Below, one piece after another: positions 8,692-18,832 of a stretch of DNA of 30,824 nucleotides. Under the pieces are notes generated by a model. That model was not told the origin of the DNA. It did no database searches and worked only from the letters and a program-made list of their open reading frames with translations. The stretch is from Candidatus Omnitrophota bacterium (GTDB lineage: Bacteria > Omnitrophota > Gorgyraeia > Gorgyraeales > Gorgyraeaceae). A program made the position numbers and the translations under genes. The DNA is taken from the NCBI GenBank assembly GCA_026387215.1, contig JAPLMC010000036.1:1-30824 (forward strand), given 5' to 3'. Positions within the stretch are counted from its first letter, which is position 1. Every line of letters starts with the position of its first letter.

Positions 8692-8737
8692 ATGATACAT
8701 TAAAGATGGTTAAATAATCATTAAAACAAAATTAAAA
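8692..8737 (-). promoter_or_regulatory. Putative response-regulator-activated promoter (triple direct repeat plus extended -10)
   Basis: TTTTAAT-N4-TTTTAAT-N4-ATTTAAC-N11(ending TG)-TATCAT; same geometry as 11492-11537. Confidence 0.7.
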
Positions 8738-8754
8738 AATTCTAATATTATTTT

Positions 8755-10184
8755 TCAGCAGATTTCCAAAGGAAAGGAGATAATAAAAGTAGTGCCATGG
8801 TTTAAAGTGCTTTCTGCTTCAATTTTGCCTTTATGGGCTTCGGCTATAGACCTGGCTATGCTTAATCCCAGCCCAAAACCACTCTGGTGGCCGGATTTAT
8901 CTACCTGATAGAAACGGTCAAAAATATGGCAAATATCTTTTTCAGGTATTCCTATGCCTGTATCGCTAACTCTTATATGGACAGAATCATTTTTCTTGGT
9001 TATACTTATGTTAACTTTTCCGCCCTGAGGATTATATTTTATTGCATTATCCAGTATATTCAAAAATAATCTTTTTAATTTATCTGCATCTCCGGAAATC
9101 ACTATTTTTTCCTGCTCCTTGATAGACATCTTTATGTTTTTCTGCATAGCCAAAATCTTTATATCATCTACAACGCTTTTAAGTAAAATAGTTATATCCA
9201 GCGTTTTGGTTTCAAGCATAACCGTATCATTTTCAAATCTAGCAAATATTAAAAGGTTTTCGACTATGCTAGAAATCCTATTTATCTCTTCTATGCTGCT
9301 CTTTAAAATATTCTCATATTCCTCTTTCGAGCGTATTTTTTTAAGTGCTACTTCTATTTCACCTTTTAAAATAGCTAAAGGAGTTTTAAGTTCATGCGCA
9401 AGATCTTCTATAAATTTACGCTGCGAGAAAAAAGCATATTCAAGCCTTGCAAGCATATCATTAAAAGTATCAGCCAGCCTGCTTATTTCGTCATTGGTAT
9501 CCGGAATACTTGTTCTTTTTTTTAAATTCTGGGCTGTTATCTGATGTATATCTTTTATGATTCTATCAACTGGATTCAAAGCAACTTTCGCAAAAAAAGC
9601 CCCTATTATACCTGTCAAGAATACCGTTAATGGAAGCAGCACAAACAACATTATCTTAAGACTAGCCAAAGCAGAATGTATGGAATTAAGAGGACACTGA
9701 GCATCCTTAAAGTAACTGGCTTAGACGCAGGGATTGCCGCTATCATAGTGTCAAAATATTTGTTACCGCGTGATACATAATTAAAAATATCTTTTGGTAA
9801 AGTTTCGAACTTCGGAATGTTCTTAGAAGAGGCTATGTGATTTCCTCTGACATTGAAAATCTGGACTATAATATCAAGGAGTTTAGGATCTCTTGATTTT
9901 TCTTCAACCCAACGCTGAGCAATTTTTGCAAAATTTATATTATCTATCTTGGTTAAACTTTCTACTGTAGAGTCGTCTTTTGATGCCTCTTGGCGTTCAG
10001 CCTCCCAGTATGTGTCAATAGAATTTGCAATTCCCTCTGCCCTTGATTCTAAAACATCATCCAAGTCTTCATGTAGCTTCTGGCTATATTTGTTATAAAG
10101 CATTGTGCTGAATAACAAAAGCGTCAAGCCCAATACTAGCATATACCAGAGGGTAATTTTAAATCGGATTGATTTTATAAACAT
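8755..10184 (-). pseudogene. CusS/CzcS-like sensor histidine kinase split into two ORFs (9651-10184 and 8755-9669)
   Basis: N ORF: TM1 plus sensor domain. C ORF: TM2, HAMP, HisKA (LAHELKTP) and HATPase (NILDNAIKY, DTGIGI, GFGLGLSI). -1 frame offset at about 9690. Confidence 0.8.
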
Positions 10185-10185
10185 C

Positions 10186-10854
10186 TTAATTTCTTAGGAT
10201 ATAACCCCTGCCTCTCAGGGTATATATTAATTTCTTTTTATGGTCATGGTCTATTTTATTGCGCAAATAATTAATATAAACATCTATGACATTCGTAAAG
10301 GTATCAAAATTAATATCCCAGACATGTTCCGAAATCATAGTCCTTGTTATAACTGTTCCTGCGTTACGCATAAGATATTCCAGAAGGGCATATTCTTTGT
10401 TGGTTAGCAAAATTTCTTTATTTCCGCGGGTAACCTTATGGGTTAATAAATCAAGTTCAAGGTCTTCTGCTACAAGCTTTGTAGGCTCTGGTAAATCTTT
10501 CTTACGCAAAAGAGCTCTTATCCTGGCTAAAAATTCTTCAAAAGCAAATGGCTTGGTTAGATAATCGTCTGCCCCTGCATCAAGACCTATTACTTTGTCT
10601 TTAACCGCACTCCTCGCAGTAAGCATAAGAATAAATGCGCTAATTTTTTCTTCCCTTATTTTTCGGCATAAATTAATACCGTCCATTTTTGGTAGCATTA
10701 CATCCAACACAATTAAATCATATTCATTTGTTTTTGCTAAAAAATAACCTTCCTCTCCGTCATATGCGATATCTACAATATATCCCTCTTCTTTTAAGCC
10801 GCGTTTAATAAAATCCGCTATTTTTTTCTCATCTTCTATAACAAGAATTCTCAT
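10186..10854 (-). CDS. OmpR/PhoB family response regulator (CusR/CzcR-like)
   Basis: IEDE, LDVMLP phospho-Asp, GADDYLTKPF, winged-helix VIDVYINYLRNKID...TLRGRGY. Confidence 0.95.
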   Translation of the reverse strand: MRILVIEDEKKIADFIKRGLKEEGYIVDIAYDGEEGYFLAKTNEYDLIVLDVMLPKMDGINLCRKIREEKISAFILMLTARSAVKDKVIGLDAGADDYLTKPFAFEEFLARIRALLRKKDLPEPTKLVAEDLELDLLTHKVTRGNKEILLTNKEYALLEYLMRNAGTVITRTMISEHVWDINFDTFTNVIDVYINYLRNKIDHDHKKKLIYTLRGRGYILRN

Positions 10855-10872
10855 TAGATGTATGGTCAGTGC

Positions 10873-10983
10873 TTATTTTTTACATTTAAGGCAATAGTTA
10901 TTATGCATACATTTTACAAAAGTCTTAACAAATACATATATAACTATTAATATCACTATTTGCCCAAACAATCCCCAGCTCAT
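10873..10983 (-). CDS. Unannotated 36-aa single-TM microprotein with C-M-H-x3-C-x2-C tail
   Basis: GGGAGG RBS 5 nt before the ATG; MSWGLFGQIVILIVIYVFVKTFVKCMHNNYCLKCKK*; fills the gap between operon genes. Confidence 0.75.
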   Translation of the reverse strand: MSWGLFGQIVILIVIYVFVKTFVKCMHNNYCLKCKK

Positions 10984-10997
10984 ATATACCTCCCTAT

Positions 10998-11426
10998 TTA
11001 AACTGTTTCGCCTGGTTTCAATGTTATATTATTCTCATTAAGATCCTTCTCTAGCTGCTTACGCAGTTCAATCTCATGGTGAAGCTGTCTGCTGATAATC
11101 CTTTCTGTTTCTGCCTTTGTATGAGCAACTCTTATAAGCTCTTCTTGTAGTCTTATGCACTCAGATGTTTCTTTCTTTAGCTCTATCCATCTACGCCAAG
11201 AGAAAATAGCAAAACCGATACTTAAAGTCAAAAGGAGTGTAATAATTTCATCGATATAAGTTATGGCTTTAGGATGTTTCTGAAATAACCCTACAATAAA
11301 CACGAATGCATTAAAAAAATAGGCAAGAACTGCTATCAGTATTGTAATAGTAGCAATCACAACCATATCTTTAAATGCATTTGTAAATCGGATTTTAGTG
11401 TTATTCTTTTTAAATATTTTGCGCAT
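10998..11426 (-). CDS. Membrane protein with two TM helices and C-terminal coiled coil (stand-alone sensor-like module)
   Basis: IDEIITLLLTLSIGFAIFSWRRWIELKKE followed by a helical E/K/R-rich tail. Confidence 0.7.
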   Translation of the reverse strand: MRKIFKKNNTKIRFTNAFKDMVVIATITILIAVLAYFFNAFVFIVGLFQKHPKAITYIDEIITLLLTLSIGFAIFSWRRWIELKKETSECIRLQEELIRVAHTKAETERIISRQLHHEIELRKQLEKDLNENNITLKPGETV

Positions 11427-11491
11427 CAGGTATTTTTATACAATTCTCTTTTATATTTTTGTTAGATTATACTATATTATGTTTAATTAAA

Positions 11492-11537
11492 ATTATACAT
11501 TATTAGATATTAAAAAAGAATTAAAATCAGATTAAAA
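11492..11537 (-). promoter_or_regulatory. Putative autoregulatory promoter of the two-component operon
   Basis: TTTTAAT-N4-TTTTAAT-N4-TTTTAAT-N11(ending TG)-TATAAT. Confidence 0.75.
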
Positions 11538-11594
11538 TATTTTAATACTTTAATAATTGAACAACACCGGCTTTGTCAAGCTCACAAAATAAAC

Positions 11595-14150
11595 TTAATC
11601 ATACCCGTATTTTTTGATAAACCAGGTTTTTACTATCTGCACAAAAAAGAGATAGGTAATAACCATAAGAAAAAGTGCAAGAAAATATAATGGGGGTGGG
11701 GCCACAAATCCAAAGGGTTTTGCAAGCGAAGAAAAAGGTATAAAAATTCCAAGGCTTACAATAAATATTGATGTAAAAATCAGGAAATTGCTAGGTCTAG
11801 ACTCAATAAAAGGAATTTTTCCTGTTCGGATAATGTGTATCACAAGAGTCTGGGTGCAGAGAGATTCTATAAACCATCCTGTGTGAAACAATTCAGCCTT
11901 AGCATGAAATATAAACAACATTATTCCATAAGTAAGAAAATCATATACAGAACTTATCGGCCCTATAATAAACATGAATTTCTTAATGGCTTTTATATTC
12001 CATGGCCTAGGATTTCTGATATATTCCTTGTCTACCTGATCGCTAGGAATAGCTATTTGGGACAGATCATAAAGAAAATTATTCAGAAGTATCTGTATGG
12101 GAAGCATGGGCAGAAACGGCAAAAATAAGCAACCGCCTGTCATGCTGAACATATTGCCGAAATTAGAGCTTGAGCCCATTTTTATATATTTTACAATATT
12201 CCCGAAGGTCTTTCTGCCTTCTATAACGCCGTCTTCAAGAACCATAAGGCTTTTCTTTAACAATATTATATCCGCCGACTCCTTGGCAATATCAACCACG
12301 TTATTTACCGATATGCCTACATCAGAGGCTTTTAATGCAGGCGCATCATTTATGCCATCACCCAGGTAGCCTACGATATGGCCATTTTCATGAAGCGCGT
12401 GTATCACCTTTTCTTTCTGAAGAGGCGAAAGCCTGGCAAATATATTTGTAGTTTTTACAAGCTCCTGGAGTTCCTTATCGCTGATTTTTTCAACAATATC
12501 TCCTGTAATAAGGCCTTTTGCATCAAGCCCCACGTCACTGCATATCTTCTTAGTAACCAATTCATTATCGCCTGTCAGGACTTTTACTTCTATACCTAGT
12601 TTATTCAAGGCAACTATAGCCCTCTTCGTAGAAGGCTTCGGAGGATCAAAGAACGCGACATAACCTTTAAGTATCAGGTCCTTTTCATCGTCCTTTGAGT
12701 AGACATCCTTCTTTACTTCAATATCTTTATATGCTATCGCTAATACCCTGAAGCCATCTGAGCTAAGATTGTCATATTCCTCTTTCAGATCTGATAATAT
12801 CAGATCCTCCATATCCAGTATTTCGCCTTCAAGCTCATACTTGGAACACCTTTTAAATATCTCTTCAGGCGCACCCTTTGAGATAAGCACATGCTTACCT
12901 TCCATATCCACCACTACAGACATTATTCTTCTGGAAAAATCAAAAGGTATCTCGTCTAACTTCCTGAACTGCTTAACTAATATCTTTTCATATTTAAGAA
13001 TGGCTCTGTCCAAAAGATTTTTCAGACCTGTCTGGTAAAAACTATTAATATACGCGAATCTGAGCACATCTTCATTTTCTTTTCTTATTACATCGCAATG
13101 TTTTTCAAGCACGATCTTATCCATCGTAAGGGTGCCTGTCTTATCAGTACACAATATATCCATAGCCCCGAAATTCTGTATTGAGTTAAGCCGCTTCACG
13201 ATAACCTGCTTTTTAGACATAGCTATCGCGCCTTTGGAGAGATTTATAGCAACAAGCATCGGCAGCATCTCAGGAGTAAGGCCAACAGCTACGCCCAAAG
13301 AAAAAAGTAAAGATTCTATAAAATCCCCGCGACGTAACGCGTTTATGCTGAATATAAATAAAACCATAAACAACATAGCTCGTATCATAAGCCATGTAAA
13401 TTGATGCACGCCTTTATCAAAGCTGGTCTCTACCCTTATTGTAGCGAGTTTTCGGGAAAGCTCCCCGAACTGAGTAGAAAGCCCTGTTTTTACAGCTATG
13501 CCTAACGCCGTGCCGCTTACTACGCTTGAACCCATGAAAGCTATATTTGCTAATTCTGACAATGAGGAATTCTTAGGAATCACAGGGCTTACGAATTTTT
13601 CTATAGGAAAAGCCTCTCCTGTCAAAGACGCCTGATTTATAAATAAATCTTTGCAGGATATTATCCTCAGGTCAGCGGGTATCATGTCTCCTGCTGATAA
13701 ATCAATAATATCTCCTGGGACTATCTCTTTGATTTTAATTTCTTTTGGCCTGGAATTCCTGAAGACAGTCGCTGTTGCGCGTACCATTTCACTTAGCTTT
13801 TCAGCTTCTTTCCCAGCGCGATATTCTTGTATAAAGGAAAGCAGCACGCTCATTATTGCCATGAGAGTTACTAAAATCGCGCTTATTTTTGCTCCGAAAA
13901 ACAACGAGAATCCTGCGATAATCAGAAGGACTATTACAAGCGGATTCACGAATTTGGAAAGAATTTGTATTAGGATAGTTCTTTTTTTCTTCTTGGCAGG
14001 CTCGTTGTGGCCGTATTCTAAAAGCCGTTTTTTAGCCTCTTCTTCGGATAGGCCTTTAAAAGAGGTGTTTAATCTTTCAAAAATAACCTCCATAGAACAG
14101 CCTGTATAATCAAAATCCCAGTTCTGGCGCTTCTCGCTTCCATTTGACAT
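11595..14150 (-). CDS. mgtA: Magnesium-translocating P-type ATPase (P3B)
   Basis: LTGEAFP, AVGLTPEMLP, LCTDKTGTLT, GDGINDAPAL, LLNNFLYD and TGWFIESLCTQ motifs typical of MgtA/MgtB. Confidence 0.95.
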   Translation of the reverse strand: MSNGSEKRQNWDFDYTGCSMEVIFERLNTSFKGLSEEEAKKRLLEYGHNEPAKKKKRTILIQILSKFVNPLVIVLLIIAGFSLFFGAKISAILVTLMAIMSVLLSFIQEYRAGKEAEKLSEMVRATATVFRNSRPKEIKIKEIVPGDIIDLSAGDMIPADLRIISCKDLFINQASLTGEAFPIEKFVSPVIPKNSSLSELANIAFMGSSVVSGTALGIAVKTGLSTQFGELSRKLATIRVETSFDKGVHQFTWLMIRAMLFMVLFIFSINALRRGDFIESLLFSLGVAVGLTPEMLPMLVAINLSKGAIAMSKKQVIVKRLNSIQNFGAMDILCTDKTGTLTMDKIVLEKHCDVIRKENEDVLRFAYINSFYQTGLKNLLDRAILKYEKILVKQFRKLDEIPFDFSRRIMSVVVDMEGKHVLISKGAPEEIFKRCSKYELEGEILDMEDLILSDLKEEYDNLSSDGFRVLAIAYKDIEVKKDVYSKDDEKDLILKGYVAFFDPPKPSTKRAIVALNKLGIEVKVLTGDNELVTKKICSDVGLDAKGLITGDIVEKISDKELQELVKTTNIFARLSPLQKEKVIHALHENGHIVGYLGDGINDAPALKASDVGISVNNVVDIAKESADIILLKKSLMVLEDGVIEGRKTFGNIVKYIKMGSSSNFGNMFSMTGGCLFLPFLPMLPIQILLNNFLYDLSQIAIPSDQVDKEYIRNPRPWNIKAIKKFMFIIGPISSVYDFLTYGIMLFIFHAKAELFHTGWFIESLCTQTLVIHIIRTGKIPFIESRPSNFLIFTSIFIVSLGIFIPFSSLAKPFGFVAPPPLYFLALFLMVITYLFFVQIVKTWFIKKYGYD

Positions 14151-14169
14151 AAATAGTATTAGATAAAAA

Positions 14170-14628
14170 TTAAGACTTGTTCCTCTTTATTTTAAAAAAC
14201 TCCTTTATTAAAGAGCTTGCTTCGCGCTCTAGAATCCCGTTTTTAACTTCAACCTTGTGGTTTAATTTTTTATTATTTAAGATCTTAAAGACTGATTTAT
14301 GCGCGCCTGTCTTTAGATCTTTTGCAGCGTATATTAAATTTTTTATACGGCTTAAAACCATTGCTCCTGCACACATACTGCAGGGTTCAAGCGTAGAATA
14401 CATTGTGCAATCCAGCAGCCTTTCGCTTTGTAAAAAATTTGCTGCCTGCGTAATAGCTATTATTTCTGCATGAGCAGTGGGGTCTTTTAACATTTTTATC
14501 TGATTATGCGCCTTAGCTATTATTTCATTATTATGCACAATAATAGCCCCTACAGGCACTTCATCAGCGTCAAATGCCTTTGCAGCTTCTTTCAAAGCTT
14601 CTTTCATGTAGTATTCGTGATTCTTCAT
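14170..14628 (-). CDS. tadA: tRNA adenosine(34) deaminase
   Basis: EVPVGA, DPTAHAE, TLEPCSMC motifs. Confidence 0.95.
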   Translation of the reverse strand: MKNHEYYMKEALKEAAKAFDADEVPVGAIIVHNNEIIAKAHNQIKMLKDPTAHAEIIAITQAANFLQSERLLDCTMYSTLEPCSMCAGAMVLSRIKNLIYAAKDLKTGAHKSVFKILNNKKLNHKVEVKNGILEREASSLIKEFFKIKRNKS

Positions 14629-14640
14629 AAAAAGTATAAT

Positions 14641-14703
14641 GCTCCTCGCGACTGCTTATAAAACTATGGTTGCTCGGGACGAATTTTACTTCGTAAAATT
14701 CGG
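14641..14703 (-). repeat. Two-hairpin CGAG repeat, copy C (directly 3' of tRNA-Ser-CGA)
   Basis: CCG AATTTTAC GAA GTAAAATT C GTCCCGAG CAAC CATAGTTTTATAAGCA GTCG CGAGGAGC. Confidence 0.9.
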
Positions 14704-14788
14704 CGGAAGGAGCAGGATTTGAACCTGCGAGGCCTTTCAGCCTGGGCGTTTTCGAGACGCCTGGATTAAACCACTCTCCCATCCTTCC
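14704..14788 (-). tRNA. tRNA-Ser(CGA)
   Basis: GGAAGGA acceptor, GGCGT-CTCGAAA-ACGCC anticodon arm, variable arm, GGTTCAAATCC. CCA not encoded (CCG). Confidence 0.97.
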
Positions 14789-14926
14789 GACTTTCCTATC
14801 CGTTTGCCAAAAAAGTAATAGCAGAAACCATTATAATTCAACCCCACCCATATTTAAAGCTCTTTTTCATTCCCCCAATAAACTTGACAAAACCGTCATT
14901 GTTAGAATGTCAAGATTATTGGAAAT

Positions 14927-14966
14927 AAAAAACGGCGATTGTGATAGCAACCACTAATCGCCGTTT
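14927..14966 (-). terminator. Intrinsic terminator after tRNA-fMet
   Basis: AAACGGCGATT-(A)GTG...CAC-AATCGCCGTTT followed by a U-tract on the minus strand. Confidence 0.8.
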
Positions 14967-14970
14967 CATA

Positions 14971-15291
<321 letters not shown>

Positions 15292-15313
15292 GTTTTATTT
15301 AATTGTATTTTGC

Positions 15314-15342
15314 ATTATAGGCTTGTATACACTAAGTGTCAA
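15314..15342 (-). promoter_or_regulatory. Consensus sigma70 promoter of tRNA-fMet
   Basis: TTGACA-17-TATAAT. Confidence 0.85.
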
Positions 15343-15358
15343 TGCTTTTTACCTACTC

Positions 15359-15393
15359 AACCGCGTAGGTTGCCATAGGCAACCTACGCGGTT
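15359..15393. repeat. Perfect 16-bp-arm palindrome downstream of divIC/ftsB
   Basis: AACCGCGTAGGTTGCC-ATA-GGCAACCTACGCGGTT. Confidence 0.85.
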
Positions 15394-15410
15394 TCTTATA
15401 ATATATTAAA

Positions 15411-16975
<1,565 letters not shown>

Positions 16976-16985
16976 TTAAAGCAGT

Positions 16986-17014
16986 ATACTAGCACACATA
17001 AAAGGCCTTGTCAA
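16986..17014 (-). promoter_or_regulatory. Sigma70-type promoter of eno
   Basis: TTGACA-17-TAGTAT with extended TG. Confidence 0.6.
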
Positions 17015-17024
17015 CTAAGCCTGA

Positions 17025-17053
17025 TTGACACGCTTATATTAGTATGCTATACT
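17025..17053 (+). promoter_or_regulatory. Sigma70-type promoter of ftsH-like gene
   Basis: TTGACA-17-TATACT with extended TG. Confidence 0.75.
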
Positions 17054-17117
17054 TTATCTCACAAAAATAAGTCCCTATTTCCAAATCGCTAGCAAGTAAA
17101 ATTATGCAACGATGGAC

Positions 17118-17193
17118 TTGCCTCGGTGTCGAACGCTCTGATAGCTGGCACTTTGGTGCGAAGCGGGATAAAATTTTGTTTTGCAAAATTTGG
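17118..17193 (-). repeat. Degenerate two-hairpin repeat, copy G (ftsH leader, abutting the RBS)
   Basis: CCA AATTTTGC AAA ACAAAATT TT ATCCCG ... CGAGGCAA. Confidence 0.55.
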
Positions 17194-17203
17194 AAGGAGT
17201 TTT

Positions 17204-18832
17204 ATGGCATTTATGGCTTATCGTAAACTCAGAATGCACCTTATGGAGCACTGGGTTAAAATCATTGTTGCTCTAACAATAATTATTCTTATAATCCTAT
17301 CCATATGGGGAATGATGTCTTTGGAATCATTCTACCGCAATCTCACAATAGCACAGATGCCTATCAGCATCCTGCTGGCAGGTCTTAACGCCGGCATATT
17401 TGTATTTATGTATATGATATTTTTGCAAGGCGGATTTTCAAAAATAAAGCAAACTACGATAAAAGGCGAAAATGTAAATATTCACTGGGATGATGTCATA
17501 GGAATGGACGAAGCGAAACAAGAATCACTTGAGGTTGTAGAGTTGATAAAAGACAGGACTAAACTTTTAAAAATAGGTGGTAAAATTCTGAGAGGCTTAT
17601 TAATGGTTGGCCCACCAGGCTGCGGCAAAACATATCTCGCCAAAGCAATCGCAACAGAAGCAGGTATACCTTTTATATCTATGTCAGGCAGCGAATTTAC
17701 CGAGATATTCGTAGGCGTAGGCGCTGCGCGCGTAAGAAAATTATTTAAGAAAGCTCGAACGTTGGCGTATGGATACGGCGCAGCTATTATTTTTATAGAT
17801 GAGCTGGATGCTATAGGCAGGCAACGTTCTTTTAGTTTTATGGGAGGTGGGCAGGAAACCAACAGTACTCAGAACCAGCTTCTTGTAGAAATGGACGGCC
17901 TTCAAGACAAAGATTGCAACGTTATTATTATAGGAGCTACAAATGCCGCAGAAAGCATCCTAGATGAAGCTCTTTTAAGACCAGGAAGATTTGACAGAAA
18001 AATTTATATAGACAGGCCTAACCTGCAAGAAAGAGAAAAAGTCTTTGCCTATTACTTTAAAAAAATAAAATACGATTCAAGCATTGATATGGCGAGGCTT
18101 GCAAGACAGGCAGTGCATAAATCTCCTGCACAGATTGAAAATATTATAAAAGAAGCCGCTCTTATAGCTACCAGGAATAAGAAAGAGATCGTAGGGCAAA
18201 AAGAATTGTCAGAAGCGATGGAACGCATTGATATGGGGTTAAAACATAGAAAACACATGACAAAAGAAGAAAAAGAAATGGTTGCATTCCATGAAACAGG
18301 GCATCTCGTAACTATGTATATGCTCCATCCTACTGATGATGTATTCAAAGCTTCGATAATATCCCGCAAAGAAGCTTTGGGGGCTGTGCACTCTCAGCCT
18401 AGAGAAGAGCTATATACGCACAATAAAGAAAAGCTACTGGCTGACATAAAAGTAAGCATTAGCGGATATATTGCGGAAAAAATAAGGTTCGGAACAACAA
18501 GCACAGGAGTTTCTTCTGATTTCCAAAAATCCATGCAGATAGCTAACTATATGGTATGGAAAGTAGGGATGAGCGAGGCTGGATACGTGGGAGACTACAC
18601 GGCAATACCTGAAAACCTATTATCGGAAGCATTAAAAGAAAGACTAAACGCTGAGACAGATAAGATAATTCAAAACTGCATTAAAGACGCGGAAGCCCTT
18701 CTTAAAAAAGAATGGCCCATCGTAGAACGCTTCGTAAAAGAACTTCTTGAAAAAGAAGAGCTGGAATACGACGATATTGAAGCGATATTTAATGAATACG
18801 GAAAAGGCCACAACTTCAAGAAATCTGAATGA
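17204..18832 (+). CDS. ftsH: FtsH-like AAA+ zinc metalloprotease with minimal periplasmic domain
   Basis: GPPGCGKT, IFIDELDA, LLRPGRFDR, HETGH zinc motif, GVSSD. Start re-called to ATG 17204 behind GGAAGGAG. Confidence 0.9.
   Translation: MAFMAYRKLRMHLMEHWVKIIVALTIIILIILSIWGMMSLESFYRNLTIAQMPISILLAGLNAGIFVFMYMIFLQGGFSKIKQTTIKGENVNIHWDDVIGMDEAKQESLEVVELIKDRTKLLKIGGKILRGLLMVGPPGCGKTYLAKAIATEAGIPFISMSGSEFTEIFVGVGAARVRKLFKKARTLAYGYGAAIIFIDELDAIGRQRSFSFMGGGQETNSTQNQLLVEMDGLQDKDCNVIIIGATNAAESILDEALLRPGRFDRKIYIDRPNLQEREKVFAYYFKKIKYDSSIDMARLARQAVHKSPAQIENIIKEAALIATRNKKEIVGQKELSEAMERIDMGLKHRKHMTKEEKEMVAFHETGHLVTMYMLHPTDDVFKASIISRKEALGAVHSQPREELYTHNKEKLLADIKVSISGYIAEKIRFGTTSTGVSSDFQKSMQIANYMVWKVGMSEAGYVGDYTAIPENLLSEALKERLNAETDKIIQNCIKDAEALLKKEWPIVERFVKELLEKEELEYDDIEAIFNEYGKGHNFKKSE

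Noticed and set aside
14570-14782. ORF through tRNA-Ser(CGA)
   Set aside because: Reading-frame shadow of the tRNA and repeat C.
17087-17170. c-di-GMP-I riboswitch upstream of ftsH
   Set aside because: Only loose similarity (TGATAGC); the GCAAA/GNRA-receptor core is missing. Better explained as degenerate repeat copy G.
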